Of a stretch of 42,222 nucleotides of DNA, positions 33,108 to 41,740 are shown in pieces. The stretch comes from a virus (taxonomy: Duplodnaviria; Caudoviricetes), in the IMG/VR virus record IMGVR_UViG_3300037474_000120, positions 1-42,222 of that record; one strand, 5' to 3'. Position numbers and translations under genes: made by a program. The number at the start of each line of letters is the position of its first letter. Positions within the stretch are counted from its first letter, which is position 1. The notes below the pieces were generated by a model. That model was given only the letters and a program-made list of their open reading frames with translations, had not been told where the DNA came from and did no database searches.

Positions 33108-33325
33108 GGCGTGCCCGCATCGGCGGGTGCCGCATCGCAGGCCTTGACTCGGTTCACCACATCGATCGCATCGGCAACGGTCGCCATCTTTGGGTCCTTC
33201 GGGAGCACGGTCAGCGCGTTCAGTCTACACTGAACGGCCTGCGGTAGTGCTCCCGCGACAGAACAGCCGAACAGACAGACAAGGGCGAAACCGGTGAGAG
33301 TTACATGAGTCGAGCGATTGCGCAT
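33104..33325 (-). CDS. Small lipoprotein (spanin candidate)
   Basis: Signal peptide ending in lipobox LFGC; GGAGG RBS; sits in the lysis cassette. Confidence 0.6.
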   Translation of the reverse strand: MRNRSTHVTLTGFALVCLFGCSVAGALPQAVQCRLNALTVLPKDPKMATVADAIDVVNRVKACDAAPADAGTP

Positions 33326-33343
33326 CGTTTCCTCCTGGGTCGA

Positions 33344-33372
33344 ATCGTACCCGGCAGGGAGGCGTCAGGCAA
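33344..33372 (-). promoter_or_regulatory. Sigma70-like promoter for lysis and distal tail genes
   Basis: Minus strand TTGCCT-N17-TACGAT. Confidence 0.65.
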
Positions 33373-33414
33373 TGTGCGACAACAGTGTCAAAAAGGGAAT
33401 CGTATGGGGTCACA

Positions 33415-33442
33415 TTGCGTGGCGTTTTTGGTCCGCTAAGGT
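33415..33442 (+). promoter_or_regulatory. Sigma70-like leaderless promoter of the plus-strand island
   Basis: TTGCGT-N16-TAAGGT-N6-ATG. Confidence 0.65.
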
Positions 33443-33448
33443 TTCAGG

Positions 33449-33700
33449 ATGAAGTCACCTCCACCTGACAGCAGCCGGCTCACGCTGGCTGAGCTACTGA
33501 ACGCGCACCGGCCGAGGACTGGACGAAAGCCCAGCGTATCCCGAGAATGGGACGAGGAAGTCGTGCGCGAGTATCTGACCAGCGGGCTGTCGCTTCGGGA
33601 CCTGGCGGCAAAGCACGGGGTCGGTCTCGGGGTGGTAAAGCGGGCGGTCAAGCGGGTCCGGGAACGCATCGAGTCGAGCGAGAAGGAGACGGCGAAGTGA
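33449..33700 (+). CDS. Small HTH DNA-binding protein
   Basis: VREYLTSGLSLRDLAAKHGVGLGVVKRAV. Confidence 0.75.
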   Translation: MKSPPPDSSRLTLAELLNAHRPRTGRKPSVSREWDEEVVREYLTSGLSLRDLAAKHGVGLGVVKRAVKRVRERIESSEKETAK

Positions 33701-33906
33701 ATTACGAAAAGTACGACAACGCGCTGCGTGAGCTGATTGCCCTGCTCGAATCGAAGCCGGAGGAGCCGCACGCCGTCTACGTGCCGATGCCGACCACCGT
33801 TTTCCTACTTCGGCGCCTGAACGCGCTGTGCGCCCGCAACATGCTCCGGTCGAACTGGCATGTGGTTCACGAGGTTCCAGAGCAGGGAAAGAAGGTCACC
33901 CGATGA
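33697..33906 (+). CDS. Hypothetical protein
   Basis: AAGGAG RBS; GTGA coupling. Confidence 0.65.
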   Translation: MNYEKYDNALRELIALLESKPEEPHAVYVPMPTTVFLLRRLNALCARNMLRSNWHVVHEVPEQGKKVTR

Positions 33907-34094
33907 ATGCGATCCACCCGCCACGAAACCCTCGTCTCCCGCCGCGCCATGCCGTTCCAAAGGTGCCGCGACCGCCAGCGGTGCCCGGAACCCGGGAGCG
34001 CATCGAGGACCAAGCCCTGCTCAAGAAGCTGGCGGGTGGCATGGTGTGCGCGCTCCTCATCATCATCCACTGGATCACAAGTGTCGTCCGATAG
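33903..34094 (+). CDS. Small Pro-rich protein with a C-terminal TM segment
   Basis: ATGA coupling; LAGGMVCALLIIIHWITSVV. Confidence 0.6.
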   Translation: MNAIHPPRNPRLPPRHAVPKVPRPPAVPGTRERIEDQALLKKLAGGMVCALLIIIHWITSVVR

Positions 34095-34131
34095 AACCTT
34101 CCCCACCCAGCCACCACCCTCACCGTCGACC

Positions 34132-34245
34132 ATGGCCCAAAAGCTCCGCGCCGCCGCCACAGAGGCCCGCCTCAGAGCTCGCCGAGAGGAGCAGCACGCC
34201 CGAGACCTGGAGAGCGCCGCTGCCAGCCTGGAGGTGCGTCGGTGA
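34132..34245 (+). CDS. 37-aa helical peptide
   Basis: MAQKLRAAATEARLRARREEQH...; stop coupled to the next ORF; no clear RBS. Confidence 0.4.
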   Translation: MAQKLRAAATEARLRARREEQHARDLESAAASLEVRR

Positions 34246-34343
34246 CCGAGGAGACGGCTCACGAGCTAGAGGAGTGCTGGTGGTACTTCCTGGTCAGCTG
34301 CGCATTCTGGGCTCTGGCGCTGGCGATCGTGTTTCGCGCGTGA
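34242..34343 (+). CDS. 33-aa single-TM peptide (absent from the ORF track)
   Basis: GGAGGT RBS; MTEETAHELEECWWYFLVSCAFWALALAIVFRA*. Confidence 0.55.
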   Translation: MTEETAHELEECWWYFLVSCAFWALALAIVFRA

Positions 34344-34370
34344 TACGCCTCCCGGACCGAAAGGAGCCAC

Positions 34371-34589
34371 ATGGCCATCTCCAAGATCGTAAAGGCTTTT
34401 AACGCCAAACGCACCAACGGCACGTTCGTATTCGTGAACGTCAACAATGTCCGCCAGGACCTCACCTCCGAAGCGGACACGGAGTCCGCCGCCGATGCAG
34501 CGCTCGAAGCTCAGATCGTCACGAAGCGTGACGCTGCCCAGGGTAACGTTGACGAACTGAACGAGGTTCTCACTCTCGCGTCCACTTGA
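34371..34589 (+). CDS. Hypothetical protein
   Basis: AAAGGAG RBS; 72 aa. Confidence 0.75.
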   Translation: MAISKIVKAFNAKRTNGTFVFVNVNNVRQDLTSEADTESAADAALEAQIVTKRDAAQGNVDELNEVLTLAST

Positions 34590-34632
34590 GCTTTAACTAG
34601 CCCAAACGCGATCGCGGCCGTACAGGATAGGC

Positions 34633-34764
34633 ATGAAGTTCATAGCCATCCTGTGCGGCTGCACCATTTTGGTGGGCATCGGTCTATGCGTCGAAAACGA
34701 GCCGGCGCCTCCTGTGGGTACACACTCAGAGGTGTGTAAGCTTGGCCAGCCCTGCCCCCCATGA
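34633..34764 (+). CDS. 43-aa signal-peptide-like Cys-containing peptide (absent from the ORF track)
   Basis: MKFIAILCGCTILVGIGLCVENEPAPP...; its stop abuts the fibre gene stop exactly. Confidence 0.45.
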   Translation: MKFIAILCGCTILVGIGLCVENEPAPPVGTHSEVCKLGQPCPP

Positions 34765-36474
34765 TCAGAAGAATGCATCGATAATGATCGCGCCATCTCC
34801 ACCTGGGCCACCGACGCCACCCGTAGCGACGCCAGTTCCGGCCGTGCCGGTGTTGACGAACGCCTGAGCCCCAGCGCCGCCGCCTCCGCCGGGGAATCCA
34901 CCGGCGCCACCAGCGCCACCGGTTACGTTCGTGTTTGGGTCCGTGGTTCGGTTCGAGCCTCCGCCACCGCCCCCGTCGCCCGCGCGTACTCCGTCCCCAT
35001 CTGAACCTGGCCCACCTGCGCCGGCCGTGCCAGTACCAGCGCCGGCCGTTCCAGCAGTCCCGCCTGTGGTCCGTGAAGGCCAGCCAGAAGCGCCGCCTAC
35101 GCCGCCAGCGACGCCGCTCGTAGCGCCGGCTCGCGTGCTGCCGCCACCACCACCACCCCCGCGCCGAGAGCTTCCGCCAGCGCCAACTGTGCTAGCTGCC
35201 GTCGCGCCTCCGAGTCCGGCGGCCCCGCCTCCGCCGCCAACAGTAGCGTTGCCGCCTGTCATATCGACAGCAGCCGTTCCACCGTTGCCAGACGCCGCCC
35301 CTCCGAGCCACTGGTTGGACCGCGTAAACACCGTTGTTGATGCTTGGTCTGCCGTGCGCGGCTCTCCTCCGAGCACCGATGAAGTCGCGTTCGCCACCGG
35401 GGCATCAGGACCTGTCCAGAGCCCGCCGCCGCCGCCGCCCTGCGTGAAACCTGCCGTAGAAGACCGCCCACCAGGCCCACCGCCGAACACCTTTACCACG
35501 AGTGACGCAGCCTCGGTGTTGCCGCCAGCGGTGGCATCACCCGAGGCGTTTACGGTGGTGGTGTTTGAAGAGCCGGCCGTGTTAGTGACGCCTCCAAGTC
35601 CAGGAGCCCAGACGATTGGCAGTGCAGCGATCAGGTCAGCCCGCGAGTACTCGCGCTCCTCAAACGCCCCACCGCCGCCAGCCCCCCCGGCGCATGTGGA
35701 CGTCATGGCAGAGGCGTGGCTTGCGCCAGCTGCCGACCCGGCACCACCGGCAGCGTAGAATCTAACTAGGAACCAGTTGCCCTGCGGGATGTCTGTCGCC
35801 GCTGACCACGTCGCGGCGGCTGCCACAGTAGCCCCAGCGTAGGATGTCCCGACCCGCGTCGAACTGGCATGAACGTATACGGTACGTGACAGGTACCCAA
35901 CAGACGTTCCTGTCGCCCCAGACGGAGGCGATCCAGTGGCGCCTGTAGCGCCAGTAGCACCAGTAGCACCAGTAGCACCAGTTGCGCCTGTAGCGCCTGT
36001 AGCGCCTGTAGCGCCTGTAGCGCCAGTTGCGCCAGTGGCCCCAGTGGCCCCAGACCCGCCGCCTCCAGTCCACCAGTCATCCTTGCCGTTGCACTGCAAC
36101 TCGCAGCGACCCACCGAAGAGAGAACCAACTCGTCCAGGCCATTGACGGTGCCGCCCACGGTCTGAATCCGCAGGTCGTTCAGGTCGACGCTTTCGACCA
36201 GAGCCACGATGACGCTGCCCCGGTTCTCCGGGCGCGGCCTCGGGAGCAGCAGCGTCATGCCGCCCGCGCCTGGAGCGCACCGCACCACCTCCTCTTCGTG
36301 GGCGAAGTAGTTGCTCGTCTTGAGGTTGGTGACGCCCGTGTTGCGCTGAAGGTCTGCGATGTCCAAACGCAGCGCGTTCAACTGCTCGAGCAGCGCGCGC
36401 TCGGCTTCCTTGTCCAGACCGGGAATCTGGCGTACCGGATGGAAAGCTGCTGGTCTAGCCGGCTTCTTCGGCAA
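34765..36474 (-). CDS. Tail fibre-like protein with collagen-like and glycine-rich domains
   Basis: N-terminal fibre-type TLLLP...G...NG...W domain, (GAT)13, and long Gly-rich domain ending [11 protein letters not shown]. Confidence 0.75.
   Translation of the reverse strand: MPKKPARPAAFHPVRQIPGLDKEAERALLEQLNALRLDIADLQRNTGVTNLKTSNYFAHEEEVVRCAPGAGGMTLLLPRPRPENRGSVIVALVESVDLNDLRIQTVGGTVNGLDELVLSSVGRCELQCNGKDDWWTGGGGSGATGATGATGATGATGATGATGATGATGATGATGATGATGSPPSGATGTSVGYLSRTVYVHASSTRVGTSYAGATVAAAATWSAATDIPQGNWFLVRFYAAGGAGSAAGASHASAMTSTCAGGAGGGGAFEEREYSRADLIAALPIVWAPGLGGVTNTAGSSNTTTVNASGDATAGGNTEAASLVVKVFGGGPGGRSSTAGFTQGGGGGGLWTGPDAPVANATSSVLGGEPRTADQASTTVFTRSNQWLGGAASGNGGTAAVDMTGGNATVGGGGGAAGLGGATAASTVGAGGSSRRGGGGGGGSTRAGATSGVAGGVGGASGWPSRTTGGTAGTAGAGTGTAGAGGPGSDGDGVRAGDGGGGGGSNRTTDPNTNVTGGAGGAGGFPGGGGGAGAQAFVNTGTAGTGVATGGVGGPGGDGAIIIDAFF
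35935..36051 (-). repeat. 9-bp tandem repeat x13 encoding collagen-like Gly-Ala-Thr
   Basis: Directly visible; variation only at synonymous positions. Confidence 0.95.
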
Positions 36475-36482
36475 GGGTCACC

Positions 36483-37250
36483 TCAGAAGTCGTTATCCCA
36501 CAAGCCGAAGGTGTCGAACTCCAGACCGTCGCCTCTAGCGTTCCGCGGCTCCATCGAGAGCCCGTCGCTAAGTCGGCCAGCGCGCGTCTTGATTCTGTCT
36601 TCGGCGCGGTCCCGTTCCTTGACGGCGATGTTGTAGGTGGCATCCGTCAGGCCATCCTTCGCGCGCATCTTGATGACCGTCTGCCAGATGGTCCACTCGA
36701 TCCATGCAGCGTGACCGCTGACCACTGCGGTGTCGCTCGTGATGGGCGTCCAGGCCTCGAGGTACCAGAGGCTGTAGGTTCCTCCAGTTGGCACCGGCAC
36801 GATCATGATCTTGCCAGCGGTCTCGGTCGTGGCGGCCCCGAAAGGGATGGTCTTCAGGATGTACCCGACCGGTGCTCGCGACGTCGAGGAGTGGTACCAG
36901 CCGTCGAAGTTGAAGTCGTGCAGCGCAGCCGTGGGAAGCGGGCGCAGTGCGCGCCAGCGGTTCGTCTCGGTCTTCACGCGCACGCCAAAGATGGCGACCG
37001 CGTTCGTCGGCCAGTCGATGACGACGTAGTCCTCTCCGGACACAGCCGTGGTCGGCAGCGCCGCGGGCGTCGTCTGCTGCAGGAACGTGCCGTCCTCCAG
37101 GAACGACACCATCTCGCGCAGCTCCTGCCACGCGATGTTCCACAGTTCCTTGATGGTGGTCGTGCTGTGGCGCTGCTCGTACCCGTCATTGTTCGACCGG
37201 TACTGGATCTGCGCCACGATGGCGGACAGCGCGAGGAACTGGGAGCTCAA
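36483..37250 (-). CDS. Putative head-tail adaptor protein
   Basis: 255 aa; L..I...I....N....N.A..EL N-terminal helices and P..Y...I.I.P.P...Y pattern typical of podovirus adaptors. Confidence 0.65.
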   Translation of the reverse strand: MSSQFLALSAIVAQIQYRSNNDGYEQRHSTTTIKELWNIAWQELREMVSFLEDGTFLQQTTPAALPTTAVSGEDYVVIDWPTNAVAIFGVRVKTETNRWRALRPLPTAALHDFNFDGWYHSSTSRAPVGYILKTIPFGAATTETAGKIMIVPVPTGGTYSLWYLEAWTPITSDTAVVSGHAAWIEWTIWQTVIKMRAKDGLTDATYNIAVKERDRAEDRIKTRAGRLSDGLSMEPRNARGDGLEFDTFGLWDNDF

Positions 37251-37254
37251 GCGC

Positions 37255-37569
37255 TCACCTCTGGTGCCAGAAAACCGTGACGGCCACGCAGGTGGTCGAC
37301 GTCTCGATCGAGAGCGGAGACATCGGGATGACGGTCACGCCGGCCGTCAGGAACGTGATTGTGTTGGCGGCGCCGGCATCGTCGATGTAGCCGAAGATGT
37401 CACCGGTATCGTGCTCGATGACGACCTGGTTCGGAATGCGCTCCGGGATCGAGTATCCTCCCGCGTTCAGCGACCCATTCCACAGGATGATCTGCGAACC
37501 GAAAGAGGTGAGCCGCCGCGAGATCGACGGCGCGAATGCATGCTGCGGGACTCGTTGCTTGGTTGCCAT
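37255..37569 (-). CDS. Hypothetical, likely virion protein
   Basis: AGGAG RBS; beta-rich 104 aa in the structural operon. Confidence 0.7.
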   Translation of the reverse strand: MATKQRVPQHAFAPSISRRLTSFGSQIILWNGSLNAGGYSIPERIPNQVVIEHDTGDIFGYIDDAGAANTITFLTAGVTVIPMSPLSIETSTTCVAVTVFWHQR

Positions 37570-37588
37570 GACCGTCTCCTAAGACGCT

Positions 37589-37626
37589 CGGCCTGGGTCG
37601 GGGAAGTGACCACCCCACCCAGGCCG
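37589..37626. other. Strong intergenic hairpin
   Basis: cggcctgggt-c-gggg / cccc-acccaggccg, a 14-bp stem with one bulge; no U-tract. Confidence 0.6.
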
Positions 37627-37635
37627 GCGCAAACT

Positions 37636-37698
37636 TCAGCAGCCCTTGCCTTTGCCCTTGGGCATCGGTTTCGGCTTCGGCTTGGTCTTCTTGGCCAT
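37636..37698 (-). CDS. Basic micropeptide MAKKTKPKPKPMPKGKGKGC
   Basis: Purine-rich leader AAGGGAAAG; an in-frame upstream ATG at 37755 would give 39 aa. Confidence 0.5.
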   Translation of the reverse strand: MAKKTKPKPKPMPKGKGKGC

Positions 37699-37798
37699 GT
37701 TCACTTTCCCTTGTTCGATGCGTGCCCGGAGCGCGCGTGCCTCTTGTTCCGTCATTCAGACCTGGGCCCATTGGGCGAGCGGAGTGTAGCGCAAAAAC

Positions 37799-38704
37799 TT
37801 ACGTTTGCGTCCGGAACGCGATCGGGAGACGGTCTCCAATCCAGACGCCGCCGGACCAGCGGAGTTCGGCGCTCGCGAGCCCAGTAACCTGGACGATCAG
37901 GCTGTCGGGAGTCGGCGTGGAGTTGATGGCGAACTTCAGCAGCGTGCCGGCAGTGTCCGCGCTGTCCTGGGTGTGGCGGTAGACGTGCCCGTTCGTTTCC
38001 CGCACCCGGGCGATGACGTGCAGGATGTCCGTATCCGTGGGCGCGTTCAGGGCCGGCGTGGCGTCGCCGTACAGGCGAATCTCGCCAGCACCCGTCGCCG
38101 TGACCACCGAGTTCGGCTGCGCGTGGGTGGCTTCGGATGCCACCGTGTTCGCCGCCATGTCAAGGCCGCACGAGATGTTGATGGCCTTGGCCCCCGAGGG
38201 AAGGGCGATGGTGTACCGCCCGGTCGCGACTGCCGTGCTCACGATGCTGAACCCGGGGGTCGTCTCCGCCGTCACCGCGGTCGCTGCCGCCGTGGCGAAG
38301 GTCGCCTTCAGCGTGTAGGTGTTCTCGAACGCGCTGACCAGCGTCGGAGCCGTCGCGCTGCCGAGCACCAGTGCCCGGACCGCGATCGCGCCCACGGTGT
38401 CATCGTTGGCCACCAGCACGAACGCCTCGACCGGAGTCAGGGTGTTTGCCGGGAAGACCAGCGCCGGGCTGGGGAAGCCACCGACGTCCGCTCGGCTGTT
38501 GTTGAGCGGGTCGTTGCTGTCCCAGCAGGTGAACGCCACCGCGTCGTCCGTGAGGGCGTCGAAGGTGTAGTCCGGGCCCCGCGCCAGGGTGGGTGTTGCG
38601 AACATCCCAGACAGGGCGCTGGGGTCATTGGCGAGGGCCGCGCGCAGCTGTCCATACAGGTTGCGGTCGGCTCCTCGCTGATTCTGGACGATTGAGTTGG
38701 CCAT
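37799..38704 (-). CDS. Putative virion structural/decoration protein
   Basis: 301 aa, Ala/Thr-rich beta protein two genes after the capsid gene. Confidence 0.6.
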   Translation of the reverse strand: MANSIVQNQRGADRNLYGQLRAALANDPSALSGMFATPTLARGPDYTFDALTDDAVAFTCWDSNDPLNNSRADVGGFPSPALVFPANTLTPVEAFVLVANDDTVGAIAVRALVLGSATAPTLVSAFENTYTLKATFATAAATAVTAETTPGFSIVSTAVATGRYTIALPSGAKAINISCGLDMAANTVASEATHAQPNSVVTATGAGEIRLYGDATPALNAPTDTDILHVIARVRETNGHVYRHTQDSADTAGTLLKFAINSTPTPDSLIVQVTGLASAELRWSGGVWIGDRLPIAFRTQT

Positions 38705-38707
38705 GGG

Positions 38708-39070
38708 TTACCAGGAGAGCAACAGGCTGAAGTAGAAGGTTCCGTCGAGAGGGGCGCCGATGTCTCCCGCGTCATCGCGGTCGTACACGCGAAGGTTCGC
38801 GGTACCGGCTTCGGGGTTGATGTCGGTCAGCACCAGGTCGTTGGCGTTGGCTTCCGTGGTCGTGCCGGTGTCTTCCTGGGCGCTCAAAGGAATCACCTTC
38901 TTGCACTTTGGGAAGGTCACTGCGGCAACTCCCGAGGAGAAGCTGCCGCACGTGCACAGCCCGCCGACCTTGGTCACCGTGCCGCTCAACACGGTACCCT
39001 CGAACACGGCCACGCCGGAGTCGCGAAGGTACGGGTCGACGAACAGCGGGAAGGCGTTGGGCAGGGGCAT
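38708..39070 (-). CDS. Putative capsid decoration protein
   Basis: 120 aa, TAATG-coupled to the capsid gene. Confidence 0.55.
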   Translation of the reverse strand: MPLPNAFPLFVDPYLRDSGVAVFEGTVLSGTVTKVGGLCTCGSFSSGVAAVTFPKCKKVIPLSAQEDTGTTTEANANDLVLTDINPEAGTANLRVYDRDDAGDIGAPLDGTFYFSLLLSW

Positions 39071-40410
39071 TAGAGCGCGACTCCCGAGATGTCGGCGCGA
39101 CCCTGGCGCCAGATGCGGTTCGATGCCCAGTGGAAGAAGTCACGGATGCGAATCTCGTAGTCATCCGTGGCCGTCTTGCGCAGCATCTTGAGGCCATCAC
39201 CGTTCAGGACCTTGAGACCCTGACCGAGGTGGCGCTCGACCCAACCGTCCTCCTTCATGTCCATGATGAACAGGTCGTCCTGCTGCATCTGGGGCACCGC
39301 CACGACCTTCGCGGTCATGTCGCCGTGGACGATCTCGATGTAGTTGTAGCCCATCACCGCGCCCTTGCCGTCGAGCAGGCGGTAGCCGCGCGCCTTGGCA
39401 ATGCGGCTCAGGCTGGTCCAGCGCTTCTTCGAAAGCGGGAACACGAACTCGCCCTTGCCACCGTAGAGCGCGCTGACGTGGTCGAGCGCGTTCTCGATGA
39501 CGGTGTCGAGCTGTTCCCCGGAGACCAGCGAAGAGGGGAGGCGGAACCCAGCCAGGCGTTGGTCGTTGCCGCGGTTGACACCGAAGTAGTTCGCTGCCGA
39601 GTCGATCGTGGTCGACCAGCTCGAGGGAACCCAGTCCTGGTATCCCTTGGCCAGCACCGTCGTGACGCCGCTCCCCTGGAAGTCACCGTACGCGAAGATG
39701 TAGACCTGGTTCGTCGACGCCGCGGTGTTCCACGCCGCGTGGCCCGGAGAGCCGTTGCTCGTGGACGACACGTACAGGATGCCGTTGTCGTGGTCGATGT
39801 TGACGATGTAGCCCTTGGACCCGCTGTCGAGCAGCGTGTGCGCCGAGGACGCGCCGGTGTTCACCGAGGTCTGGATGATCTGGTGCTTGCGGAACCGGTT
39901 GACGAGACCCGGCTCGGCGAGTTGCACGACGCCCGTGGACAGGTCCGTGGTGCCACCGTTCGCGGTGCTTCGCGCCATCGCACGGCCCGCCGTGGTGACG
40001 AACTGGGCCTCTTTGCGAGCGCCGAGGTTCTCGAAGATCTCGCGCATCGAAACGGCGAACTTCTCGAGGTAGGCACCGTCCGGGACGCCGCCGCTGCCTT
40101 CGGTGGTCGCGAAGTCGAGCTCCGAGATGTTGAATCCGGCCTTGTAGGCGAAGTACCCGACGCGGAACTCCTCGCCGTCGAAGTTGGCGACGTCGTCACC
40201 CTGGTCTGCAATCTCTTGCACCTGGGCGCGCGTGCCGGCCATCGCGACGGGGCCCTGGATGTACGCAGGGTAGCCGTAGGTCTTACCGGGGCTGTTGTGT
40301 GACCGCTGCTCGAGCATGGCGAGCAGGGGGTGTCCGATCTGGCTGAACGCTTCCATCGAGCGCCGATCGGGGAAAAGATCATGCGCGAAGCTGTCGATAT
40401 AACCCGACAT
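39070..40410 (-). CDS. Putative major capsid protein
   Basis: 446 aa; HPLLAML near the N-terminus, YFGVNR, and LR....D.YE.R C-terminal pattern seen in podovirus-type MCPs; GAGGA RBS; position in the operon. Confidence 0.75.
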   Translation of the reverse strand: MSGYIDSFAHDLFPDRRSMEAFSQIGHPLLAMLEQRSHNSPGKTYGYPAYIQGPVAMAGTRAQVQEIADQGDDVANFDGEEFRVGYFAYKAGFNISELDFATTEGSGGVPDGAYLEKFAVSMREIFENLGARKEAQFVTTAGRAMARSTANGGTTDLSTGVVQLAEPGLVNRFRKHQIIQTSVNTGASSAHTLLDSGSKGYIVNIDHDNGILYVSSTSNGSPGHAAWNTAASTNQVYIFAYGDFQGSGVTTVLAKGYQDWVPSSWSTTIDSAANYFGVNRGNDQRLAGFRLPSSLVSGEQLDTVIENALDHVSALYGGKGEFVFPLSKKRWTSLSRIAKARGYRLLDGKGAVMGYNYIEIVHGDMTAKVVAVPQMQQDDLFIMDMKEDGWVERHLGQGLKVLNGDGLKMLRKTATDDYEIRIRDFFHWASNRIWRQGRADISGVAL

Positions 40411-40580
40411 TTGACGTCCTCATGGTGTAACAGGTGGCTTGCATCGCGTCGGTCGTTGCGCCTTCGACGCTGCGGCTCGCCTATTGCGGGGCGGACGTGC
40501 CCTCTACCAATTGGTCCCGGCAGTGGGAACCCGGTTTTCCCGCCGGGTCGGGTCTGCGGGTCAATGCTGACCCGGGTAGG

Positions 40581-41039
40581 TCAGCTTGTCAAGTTCCACG
40601 AATCGCCGCGCAGCAGCCTGTTGATCGCCACCTTGCTGACGCCGAACATCAACGCCAACTCCACGCTGCTCCAATTCCCTGTTTTCCTGAGAAGTCGTAT
40701 GGCGTTAGCGCACCCCCACCCGAACCTGGAGTTCGCGCAATCCTCGGGTCTGTGCCTAGGGGCGCGCCGCTTCTCCTTCATGTCCGCCATGTTGTCCGCG
40801 TGCGTTCCCAGGAACAGATGGGACGGGTTGACGCACGACGGGTTGTCGCATCGATGGCACACGCACATCCCGTCCGCGATTGGCCCGTTGTGCAACTCCC
40901 ACGAGTATCGGTGTGCCTTTTTGAGAACGCGCTCGGAGATGTCCCAGTAGTGCCCGTACCCATGTCTGGTTTTCGAGGCCTTCCACGTCCAGCACTCATC
41001 CGGACCGCGCACATCCACCTTGGGCCAAAATGTGCTCAC
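40581..41039 (-). CDS. HNH endonuclease
   Basis: FW.KVD...CW.W...GYG...AHR.SW...VCHRCDNPSCVNPSHLFLGT..DN..D, plus a C-terminal HTH. Confidence 0.93.
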   Translation of the reverse strand: MSTFWPKVDVRGPDECWTWKASKTRHGYGHYWDISERVLKKAHRYSWELHNGPIADGMCVCHRCDNPSCVNPSHLFLGTHADNMADMKEKRRAPRHRPEDCANSRFGWGCANAIRLLRKTGNWSSVELALMFGVSKVAINRLLRGDSWNLTS

Positions 41040-41740
41040 ACGAACTCCGCCGCCGGTACCTTGCCCACAATCTCGCTGTTACGCTCGCTGCACCGCACCA
41101 GCCGGTAGCTCACGCCGTACAGGTCGAACTTGATTCCGCACACATTGGCACGGAACGCCGCCATGTCACCGCGCTCCAGGCGCCCATCCGGCACGTCCGG
41201 GCCCACTTCGGCGACCTCGGAGAACATCATGCGCACGCCGTCGTTCTCCCGGTTCGGATTCGGGGTGTCATCATCGCGGTTCTCGTACTGCTCGTCGGTG
41301 CGCTGCCCGCGGGAGAGCGTCGAAAGAGGAGAGAGAATGCTCGACTCGCGAATGCCGAGGATCTTGCGGTGCTTCGCGTCGTTGTCGACCAGCAGCACGT
41401 AGTCCCCGATCGGGATGACCGGGTGACGGGTGTCGAGATGAGCCATGGTTTCCGGTCCAATCCTGATGCCAGCGCACTGGCCAAACGGCATGAGTTCCAG
41501 CTTCGTTTCGCCGATGTCCAGCGAGTCCGAGAGCATCGAGAGGTTGCACATGACGGGCGTTCCGGCACCGACGTACGGAGGGCACTCCGCGCTCGCCTCG
41601 ACCACGCGGAACCAGCGCCCGGTATTGGGCTCGGCCTTGCGGCGCGAGTAGCTAACGGCCTTGATGACCGACTCGGTGTCCTGGTGCAGGTCCGGCGCCT
41701 GCTCCAGGGTCACCCATCGTTCGAACGGCTGGAACCTCAC
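41036..41740 (-). CDS. Tandem GroES/Cpn10-like co-chaperonin
   Basis: Domain 2: VIPIGDYVLL...EVAEVGPDV...LERGDMAAF...G.SYRLVR...EIVG. Domain 1 (weaker): FQPFERWVTLE...RVVEAS...VGAGTPV. GTGA-coupled start. Confidence 0.65.
   Translation of the reverse strand: MRFQPFERWVTLEQAPDLHQDTESVIKAVSYSRRKAEPNTGRWFRVVEASAECPPYVGAGTPVMCNLSMLSDSLDIGETKLELMPFGQCAGIRIGPETMAHLDTRHPVIPIGDYVLLVDNDAKHRKILGIRESSILSPLSTLSRGQRTDEQYENRDDDTPNPNRENDGVRMMFSEVAEVGPDVPDGRLERGDMAAFRANVCGIKFDLYGVSYRLVRCSERNSEIVGKVPAAEFV

Noticed and set aside
34591-34635. Possible fifth copy of the CTCAAG/GCCGTTCA element (GCCGTACA-N8-ATG), and a weaker one at 15994-16022
   Set aside because: The first lacks CTCAAG at the 14-bp spacing; the second has a 15-bp spacer and a degenerate downstream box. 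Neither was counted.
40460-40530. tRNA-like CAATTGGTAGAG on the minus strand
   Set aside because: No proper TTCRA T-loop, acceptor stem or anticodon arm could be built by eye; tRNAscan-SE/ARAGORN would settle it.
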